A stretch of 32,000 nt of DNA, from positions 2,790,001 through 2,822,000 of the forward strand of contig NC_010628.1 in assembly GCF_000020025.1 (NCBI RefSeq), written 5' to 3'. The notes under the pieces are model-generated. The model had not been told where the DNA came from, searched no databases, and worked only from the letters and a program-made list of their open reading frames with translations. This document shows, piece after piece, positions 1 to 6,408 of the stretch. Source of the stretch: Nostoc punctiforme PCC 73102 (GTDB lineage: Bacteria > Cyanobacteriota > Cyanobacteriia > Cyanobacteriales > Nostocaceae). Numbering within the stretch: the first letter of the stretch is position 1; every line of letters starts with the position of its first letter. The translations under genes and the position numbers were made by a program.

Positions 1-1367
1 TAGGGCAGAAAGTCAGCAGAGATCCCCATACCAGTGTCGCTGACAGAGATTTGAGTGTATTCCGAAGGATGAGTATCTAGTTCATTCTCGATCCTTTCTA
101 ACCGCACCTCTACTTGGCCACCCTGTGGGGTAAATTTAATCGCGTTGGAAAGTAGATTCCAAACAACCTGTTGCAGGCGACCAGAATCACCCAACACTTG
201 CCCAGCGTTCGGTTCAAATATTGTTTGAATTTGAATGGATTTAGCTTCAGCAGCGAGGCGCACGGTTTCCAGAGCAGCTTTGATGGTAAAAGTTAGACCG
301 ACTGGAACTGTATTCAAACTCAACTTGCCTTGGAGAATACGCGACACATCGAGCAAATCTTCGATCAGTTGCGCTTGCAGTTTAGCGTTACGCTCGATCG
401 TTTCGAGTGCATACTGAGTTTTGGCTGCGTCCTGCCGACTCGTTTGCAAAATTTTTGCCCATCCCAAAATAGGATTCAGGGGCGATCGCAATTCATGAGA
501 TAGCACTGCCAGAAACTCATCTTTAATCCGATTGGCTTGTTGCGCTTGTTCAGTTTGTTGCTGCAAAGAAATCATCAGCTGATTGAGGCGATCGTTCTGC
601 TCTTGCAGCAAGGCTGATGCTCGCTTCCGTTCGGTGATATCGGACAGGATGAAAACGGCACCTGTGAGAGTTCCATGCTCATCAAGTACTGGATCGATAG
701 TTTTGGCAAACCACCGTTCTGTGGACTGAAATTCTAGAACTTGCCGTTGGTGAGTTTCTTTAGCACGGCGAAAGCAGGTGCCATCACCAATTCCCAATTC
801 TGCGGCCATCAAATTATGGTGAGCACAACCTAAAATTTCGTGGGAGGGTTTGCAAAAAATCTGCGTTATCGCTAGATTACAGCGCAGAATTATACCTTTT
901 GTGTCTACGAGACACACACCGTCCTTGATAGAGTCAAAGGTACTTTGCCACTCTCGTGCTGAGGATAAAGCCGCTTCCTCCGCTCGTCGAATTCGCAGCA
1001 GCGATCGCACCGTCGCCAGCAGTTCAATGGGTTCAACAGGTTGTACCAAATAAGCATCGGCACCACTGTCTAAGCCTTCTGCTTTATCCTGGCTTTGGAC
1101 AAAACTTGCAGAAAGGTGTAGCACCGGAATAAAAGCAGTTTCGGGATTTGCCTTAATTTGACGACAGACTTCAAAGCCGCTGATATCTGGTAATTTGACA
1201 TCCAAAATCACCAGAGTAGGCTGATGTTCAGTAGCAGCTTTTAATCCTGCTACTCCGGTTGCCGCTTCCACAACGGTAAAGCCTGCATTTTGCAAAATCC
1301 GGGCCACAATGTAACGATTGGCTTCGTTATCGTCAACATGCAGGATGATAACCTGTGGCTCAAACAT
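1..1367 (-). CDS. Hybrid REC-PAS-HisKA-HATPase_c sensor kinase; the C-terminal end runs off the window
   Basis: My own minus-strand translation; it is absent from the ORF track because it is open-ended. It reads MFEPQVIILHVDDNEANRYIVARIL...LVILDVKLPDISGFEVCRQIK (receiver), then a PAS-like segment WQSTFDSIKDGVCLVD...FILSDITERKRA, the H-box ANRIKDEFLAVLSHELRSPLNPILGW, and the N-box QQVVWNLLSNAIKFTP. No stop occurs down to position 1. The ATG at 1367-1365 overlaps the upstream stop by 8 nt (ATGTTTGA). Confidence 0.85.
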   Translation of the reverse strand, partial: MFEPQVIILHVDDNEANRYIVARILQNAGFTVVEAATGVAGLKAATEHQPTLVILDVKLPDISGFEVCRQIKANPETAFIPVLHLSASFVQSQDKAEGLDSGADAYLVQPVEPIELLATVRSLLRIRRAEEAALSSAREWQSTFDSIKDGVCLVDTKGIILRCNLAITQIFCKPSHEILGCAHHNLMAAELGIGDGTCFRRAKETHQRQVLEFQSTERWFAKTIDPVLDEHGTLTGAVFILSDITERKRASALLQEQNDRLNQLMISLQQQTEQAQQANRIKDEFLAVLSHELRSPLNPILGWAKILQTSRQDAAKTQYALETIERNAKLQAQLIEDLLDVSRILQGKLSLNTVPVGLTFTIKAALETVRLAAEAKSIQIQTIFEPNAGQVLGDSGRLQQVVWNLLSNAIKFTPQGGQVEVRLERIENELDTHPSEYTQISVSDTGMGISADFLP

Positions 1368-3582
1368 GACTTTGCCCACAATCTAGAACAAGTCCGGCTT
1401 TGATCAGCGCATCTTGAAGCTGGGCGTAGACGCGTTCGCCCTTGGCGTTGCCGCAGGCTAGCGGCTTGTCGTCAGACATCGCTGCTGTTTGAGAGCCTGT
1501 TTCTTTGGAAAGAATGGCGATGCTTTTTTTTGCTAATTGGCTCTGAGTTTCTGCATCAAGTTGTGCCGATGAGTAGATGATCACAGGAATCGACTGAGTG
1601 ACAGGATTGCTTTTAAGCTGCTTAAGCACATCAAACCCACTCAACTCTGGCATCTCCAAGTCAAGAACGATCGCGGTCGGTTGCTCGCGTTGTGCTAAAT
1701 TTAATCCTTCCCATCCGTTCATGGCTTCTAAAATACTCAATTGTGTATTTATTAACAACTGCTTCACCAAATACCGATAGGCAGGGTCATCGTCAATTAA
1801 CAAGATTTTTTGAGGCTTGTTCTGATTAATTAGCGTATTAAGTTTGTTCAATAACTGCAATCTGTCTACCGGCTTAATTAAAAAACCATTGGCTCCTAGT
1901 GCTAGTGCTTGCTTCTCGTTATCAATGATGGTAATAACTACTATAGGTATATTGCGGGTCGTTTCATCTCCTTTGATTTCTCGCAAGAACGTCCAGCCGT
2001 TTTGCCCTTCTAGCATAATATCTAGCATAATCGCCGCTGGTCGAACTTGTTGTAATACTTGCCTTGCCTGAGCTAAGGTGCGGGTTGCAATCAATTGATA
2101 AGTTGACTGCTGAAGATGATTTTCGTAAATAAATAGCGTTTCGGGATGATCTTCAACCGCCAGAATGGGCAGGCCAGTTGGTTCAAGTGATGCGATGGTC
2201 TCCGACCGACCGGAGGTCATCGGTTGCAGTAGGGTGGGAAATTCGGTCGCGTATGGGTAGATAATCGGAATCGATGCCGTAAAGGTGGAGCCTTCACCCA
2301 GCTTACTTGTAACTGAAATGCTGCCGCCCAGTAGCTCCGTTAGCTTGCGCGATAACGGCAATCCTAACCCGGTTCCCTTGACCTGCTTTTGCAGAGAAGA
2401 CTCAATTTGGACAAAATCCTCAAAAATGCGCTCTCGATCGGCGGTCGCAATGCCGATGCCCGTATCTGATACGGAAAATATCACGGTATGACCCCTTTGC
2501 ACAGAGGTTACACGCACTTCTCCCTGCTCGGTAAATTTGAGGGCATTGGAGATAAAGTTTCTTAGAATTTGCGCGACTTTGCCCTCATCGCTATATATCT
2601 GCCCAATGCCTTCAGGTTCCTCGATATTCAGCGCGACAGAGGAGCCTTGAACCAATAATGGGCGTAGCATCCCCCGCAGCGTGGCAAACAAATCACTAAC
2701 TTCAAAGGAACTGGGACGCACTTCAATCTTTCCAGCTTCCACCTTTGCTAAATCCAGCAAGTCGTTGACCAGTTCTGATAATCCGCTCGCCGCCTTTTGG
2801 ATGAATGTCACCTGCTTTTCTTGCTCTGCGGTCAAATCACCATCCATTCGTGCCAGCAACATCCGAGATAACGACAGAATCGAGTTGAGCGGTGTGCGAA
2901 ACTCATGGCTCATGTTTGAGAGAAAGCGGGTTTTTAGCTCGTTGGCCTTTTGCAGAGAGTCTGCTTTTTCATCCAATTCTGCATAGAGGGCAACCACACC
3001 GCGATTGGTATCTTCCAGTTCCCGGTTCAGCTGGGTTAGTTCTTCCTCCCGCTTCCGTAACTCTGCCATTGCCCGCAGTAATTCCTGGTTTTGTCGCTGG
3101 ATCTCTTCATAGGGATTCTGGGGCGATCGCTCCATCACGCTTTCTCGAATCTGCTGCAATTGCAAATCGGTGAAATTAGGTGTGCGCTTTGATAACCTTT
3201 TACTCATCACCACCGTTGTTCCCTGTCCCGGCAGCGATTCTATCTCAAAGAAATCCATCAGCTTTTGGCTGCCTACAATGCCTAGCCCCATTCCTGTATC
3301 AGAAGCGTAGCGTCCTGCCAAAACGTCTTCCAGATGAGGAATGCCACCACCCCGATCCTGAATCCGAATCAGAAACTCTTGAGGTTCTCCTGCCACAGAA
3401 AATTCAACCGTTCCACCTCTGGCATACTGAAAGGCATTGCGGGCAATTTCTGAAACTGCCGTTGCCAATCGTGCCTGATCTTGAGTATCAAAGCCCAATT
3501 GCTCGGCAATCTCACGAGTTCGCTGCCGAGCTTGGACAACATCTTGTTCGTTCTGGATTTCGAGGATGAAAATAGTTGTCAA
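1360..3582 (-). CDS. Hybrid histidine kinase: N-terminal RsbT/RsbW-type GHKL domain, coiled coil, HisKA, HATPase_c, two receiver domains
   Basis: 740-aa ORF. Residues 1-130 are paralogous to the RsbT-like protein upstream (EIARNAFQYA N-box, IQDRGGGIP G1, DTGMGLGIVG G2). The H-box is NMSHEFRTPLNSI and the CA domain contains VSDTGIGI...GTGLGLPLS. REC1 is ILAVEDHP...IMLDIML...LIKPV and REC2 is ILLIDDDP...IVLDLEMPELSGF. The start is TTG, with GGAG 10 nt upstream and an in-frame TGA three codons upstream, so there is no ATG alternative. Confidence 0.85.
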   Translation of the reverse strand: MTTIFILEIQNEQDVVQARQRTREIAEQLGFDTQDQARLATAVSEIARNAFQYARGGTVEFSVAGEPQEFLIRIQDRGGGIPHLEDVLAGRYASDTGMGLGIVGSQKLMDFFEIESLPGQGTTVVMSKRLSKRTPNFTDLQLQQIRESVMERSPQNPYEEIQRQNQELLRAMAELRKREEELTQLNRELEDTNRGVVALYAELDEKADSLQKANELKTRFLSNMSHEFRTPLNSILSLSRMLLARMDGDLTAEQEKQVTFIQKAASGLSELVNDLLDLAKVEAGKIEVRPSSFEVSDLFATLRGMLRPLLVQGSSVALNIEEPEGIGQIYSDEGKVAQILRNFISNALKFTEQGEVRVTSVQRGHTVIFSVSDTGIGIATADRERIFEDFVQIESSLQKQVKGTGLGLPLSRKLTELLGGSISVTSKLGEGSTFTASIPIIYPYATEFPTLLQPMTSGRSETIASLEPTGLPILAVEDHPETLFIYENHLQQSTYQLIATRTLAQARQVLQQVRPAAIMLDIMLEGQNGWTFLREIKGDETTRNIPIVVITIIDNEKQALALGANGFLIKPVDRLQLLNKLNTLINQNKPQKILLIDDDPAYRYLVKQLLINTQLSILEAMNGWEGLNLAQREQPTAIVLDLEMPELSGFDVLKQLKSNPVTQSIPVIIYSSAQLDAETQSQLAKKSIAILSKETGSQTAAMSDDKPLACGNAKGERVYAQLQDALIKAGLVLDCGQSHV

Positions 3583-3616
3583 GTCGCTTCACTCCAATTC
3601 AAAATTCTTAAATATT

Positions 3617-3658
3617 CTGCCCCCTGCCTCCTGCCCCCTGCTTCCTGCCCCCTGCTTT
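3617..3658. repeat. STRR-like heptanucleotide tandem array, 6 units (CTGCCCC/CTGCCTC/CTGCTTC)
   Basis: Read directly: ctgcccc ctgcctc ctgcccc ctgcttc ctgcccc ctgcttt. The array fills the 3583-3656 intergenic gap and overlaps the TAA of the PP2C gene by 2 nt. Confidence 0.85.
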
Positions 3659-4661
3659 AATTGCTCATTCCTTTAGCCACTAACACTGTCACATCGTCTC
3701 GGTCTCGGTTAAAGTCTCGGTATAAGACACCTGCAATCAGGCTGGGATGTTTTTGACTCAAGCCTGGATAGCGATCGAGCTGCCACTTACTGTCTAATCC
3801 GTCAGAATGCATAATTAAAAGTCCGTTGGCATACCAGGGATAGCTAAACTCTTGAATTTTGCGAATTTCATGTCCCACCGTGCCGTTGTTAGATATCAGA
3901 TGGTGGCGTTCAGTAAAGGAGAAGATGCTAGCAGCGATATTGCCAATTCCGGCAAAGCGGACAGACTGTTGTTCAAAGTCGATTTCAGTAATGCCGAGTG
4001 CTGCTCCTCGCGTACTTCGCAAGGCGGCGTGGGCAGCTTCGACGATCGCACCAGGAGAGCGATCGTGTTCTTGAAAGATTCTGACGGCTTTTGAGGAAGC
4101 AGTAGCCGCCGCAGGCCCATGCCCTAAGCCATCGGCTACTAGCAACAGGCTGCGGCAACGATCGACTTGATATGCCCAGGCATCTCCTGAAATGTCCTCA
4201 CCTCGTTTGGGCAAACAAATCGCCCCAATTTCTAAGATTTTTTCAGGCTCATGGGGTGCGGAGGTTGACCAGAGGTGGGCGAGGAGCGCCGTCCCCTGGT
4301 TGCGAATGGAGTAAATTTCAAATAAACCAGACAGGCGAGAAATTGCGCCCAGTCCATTGCCTAAGGTTCCGGCGGTGGAAAAGCCATCTTGCAAACACTC
4401 ATCCACATCAACCATTCCCCGTCCTTTATCTAGGGACAAGACTTCAATACCAATAGCTGAATTGTGTTCGATCAATCTTAGCAACAACACTCCACCCTTA
4501 CCGTGCTGTATCAGATTACTCGCAACCTCTGTCACCACAATGCCAAGCTTGCCCCGTTGCGTTTCCTGAAAGCCGAGCTGAGTTGCCAAAGCGATCGCTA
4601 CCCGTCGCGCTTCCCCGGTCTGGCTAGATTCAGTAATTGTAATGGCGACAGATTCTCTCAT
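3657..4661 (-). CDS. RsbT-like GHKL domain fused to a PP2C (SpoIIE-type) Ser/Thr phosphatase; occupies the RsbX/RsbU position in the module
   Basis: The N-terminal half has EVASNLIQHG (N-box), SLDKGRGMVD (G1) and GTLGNGLGA (G2). The C-terminal half has PP2C motifs ISGDAW, LLVADGLGHGPAAA, LLIMHSDGL and DDVTVLV. The ORF track starts at a TTG at 4679. The ATG at 4661 sits 1 nt after the rsbT-like stop (TAAAATG), so I prefer it. Confidence 0.85.
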   Translation of the reverse strand: MRESVAITITESSQTGEARRVAIALATQLGFQETQRGKLGIVVTEVASNLIQHGKGGVLLLRLIEHNSAIGIEVLSLDKGRGMVDVDECLQDGFSTAGTLGNGLGAISRLSGLFEIYSIRNQGTALLAHLWSTSAPHEPEKILEIGAICLPKRGEDISGDAWAYQVDRCRSLLLVADGLGHGPAAATASSKAVRIFQEHDRSPGAIVEAAHAALRSTRGAALGITEIDFEQQSVRFAGIGNIAASIFSFTERHHLISNNGTVGHEIRKIQEFSYPWYANGLLIMHSDGLDSKWQLDRYPGLSQKHPSLIAGVLYRDFNRDRDDVTVLVAKGMSN

Positions 4662-4662
4662 T

Positions 4663-5067
4663 TTATTTCCATCGTACAATTATTACCCGTGTTCCTTCTC
4701 CCACCGCAGACTGAATCTCAAACTCGTTAGCAAGTCGTTTAGCACCGCTCAATCCCATACCCAATCCGCTACCCGTGGTGAACCCATCCTTCAGCGCCAG
4801 ATCAATATCGGGAATTCCCGGGCCCCGATCTTCAAAGGTCAGCCGGAGTCCTCGTCGTCTCCCTTCCTGAAGCGTTTCTAGTTTTACTGTGCCACCTCCC
4901 CCATAGTCTAGGGTATTGCGGGCTAACTCACTGGCGGCGGTGACAATTTTTGTTTGGTCTACTAAGCCAAAGCCAATTTCCACGGCCAGCAGGCGCACGG
5001 CTTGCCGAACTAAGACTACATCTGTAGAAGATTGAATGTCGATTGTTTCAGTCTTCTGCATCGTCAT
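4663..5067 (-). CDS. rsbT: RsbT-like stressosome switch kinase (anti-sigma regulatory factor type Ser/Thr kinase)
   Basis: IDIQSSTDVVLVRQAVRLLAVEIGFG...ELARNTLDYGGGG...FEDRGPGIPD...GSGLGMGLSG...VRWK is colinear with B. subtilis RsbT as I recall it. The start is ambiguous (ATG at 5109, 5067 or 5061). The internal ATGs give the RsbT-like length and overlap the rsbS-like stop. Confidence 0.85.
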   Translation of the reverse strand: MTMQKTETIDIQSSTDVVLVRQAVRLLAVEIGFGLVDQTKIVTAASELARNTLDYGGGGTVKLETLQEGRRRGLRLTFEDRGPGIPDIDLALKDGFTTGSGLGMGLSGAKRLANEFEIQSAVGEGTRVIIVRWK

Positions 5068-5461
5068 CTGCACGCCATTGAGTGGCAATGACCTGATTTG
5101 TAGTTTCATTGAGTGACGATCGCAAGAGTGCCATACCTTTTTCTACGTTTAGGGCAGTGCGAATACCCGTCAGCGACAGCCCCAATTCCACCAGGGTAAT
5201 TGCCACAGCAGGCTGCATCCCAACGACAACTGTTTGGGCATCCAACACCCGTGATATTCTGGCAATGTTGCCTAAAATCCTCCCAATGAAGGAATCGACA
5301 ATTTCTAATCCAGAAATATCGATCAAGACACCGTGAGCGTGAGTTTGAGTGATGCGGTTGGTCAAGTCATCCTGTAAAGTCATGGCGAGGCGATCGTACA
5401 TATCCACTTGAATTGTCACAAGTAGGAAATTGCCCATTTTGAGTATAGGAATACGTTCCAT
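5048..5461 (-). CDS. rsbS: RsbS-like single STAS-domain stressosome scaffold protein
   Basis: 137-aa ORF. MERIPILKMGNFLLVTIQVD...VLIDISGLEIVDSFIGRILGNIA carries the conserved phosphorylatable Ser in the DS motif. The position between the RsbR-like and RsbT-like genes matches the canonical order. Confidence 0.85.
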   Translation of the reverse strand: MERIPILKMGNFLLVTIQVDMYDRLAMTLQDDLTNRITQTHAHGVLIDISGLEIVDSFIGRILGNIARISRVLDAQTVVVGMQPAVAITLVELGLSLTGIRTALNVEKGMALLRSSLNETTNQVIATQWRADDDAED

Positions 5462-5472
5462 TGGTTCCTACC

Positions 5473-6324
5473 TCATTTGGGTTGAGAGGGGGTAATACTC
5501 ACTCCCAAACGTTTTAGTGCTATGAGAAAGGCATCAGCTAAGGTTGCCTTCGTTGTGATATCAGTCAAATCAATGCCGAGATAAACGATCGTTTGGGCAA
5601 TTTGAGGACGAATCCCACTAATCATACAATCGGCTCCCATGAGACGGGCAGCAGTAACGGTCTTGAGCAGATGTTGAGCGGTGAGGGTATCCACGGTGGG
5701 AACCCCCGTAATGTCAATGATGGCAATTTCTGACCCGGTTTCAACAATTTTCTGCAACAACGACTCCATCATCATTTGCGTGCGGGCACTATCCAGGGTG
5801 CCGATAATGGGTAATGCCAAAATTCCTTCCCAAAGTTTAATCACTGGGGTAGATAGCTCCATCAACTCTTCCTGCTGCCGCAAAATCACGTCTTCCCGCG
5901 CCTTTTGATACACTTCAATTGTCAGCAATCCCAGCTGATCCAGTAAGTTGGTGGCTAGCCATATCTCCTCACTCAACTCAATGGGGTCTTGCAATTGCTG
6001 ACGCATCCGCTTGAAAAGGGGTTGCTTGAACGAAAAGACGAATGTAGCTGTTTCCGCCGGTGTGAAGCCTTTTTGCGATCGCGATCGAGAAATGCTGTTT
6101 AGTATCTCTCGCATATCCTCCCACGCCCCTGCCTGAATATTGGTCAACTTGCCCTGCCCAACGGCACTCCGAAACAAGCTCAGGAATTCCCGGCACTCCT
6201 CCTTTAGCTCGGCTTCTTTAATCAAGCCTTTCCGAATATTGACATTGGCTAACTCCTGAGTCCACTCTGACAGCAAGTCTGCCTCAAAGGTTTCCAGGAT
6301 TTCTGGTATCTTACTTTCGCTCAT
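5473..6324 (-). CDS. rsbR: RsbR-like stressosome sensor: N-terminal non-heme globin-like domain plus C-terminal STAS
   Basis: The C-terminus AIIDITGVPTVDTLTAQHLLKTVTAARLMGADCMISGIRPQIAQT is STAS with a Thr in the VDT motif. The N-terminus PEILETFEADLLSEWTQEL... is an RsbR N-domain-like helical sensor. The ORF track starts at a GTG at 6345; the ATG (MSESK...) at 6324 is more likely. An 11-nt gap (GGTAGGAACCA) separates it from the rsbS-like ATG. Confidence 0.8.
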   Translation of the reverse strand: MSESKIPEILETFEADLLSEWTQELANVNIRKGLIKEAELKEECREFLSLFRSAVGQGKLTNIQAGAWEDMREILNSISRSRSQKGFTPAETATFVFSFKQPLFKRMRQQLQDPIELSEEIWLATNLLDQLGLLTIEVYQKAREDVILRQQEELMELSTPVIKLWEGILALPIIGTLDSARTQMMMESLLQKIVETGSEIAIIDITGVPTVDTLTAQHLLKTVTAARLMGADCMISGIRPQIAQTIVYLGIDLTDITTKATLADAFLIALKRLGVSITPSQPK

Positions 6325-6408
6325 CGTTCTTATAAGGGCAACCACTTTGATTAGTCCAAAATCAGTGTATGCTGATTCAGACCAACGCGAAAGTCGTTCG
6401 TTGGCAGC

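Noticed and set aside
1-6345. A complete SigB-type partner-switching cascade (RsbV, RsbW, sigma factor)
   Set aside because: I looked for a small stand-alone STAS antagonist, an RsbW-size kinase and a sigma-70 family ORF. None is present in the window. The only single-domain STAS protein sits in the RsbS position.
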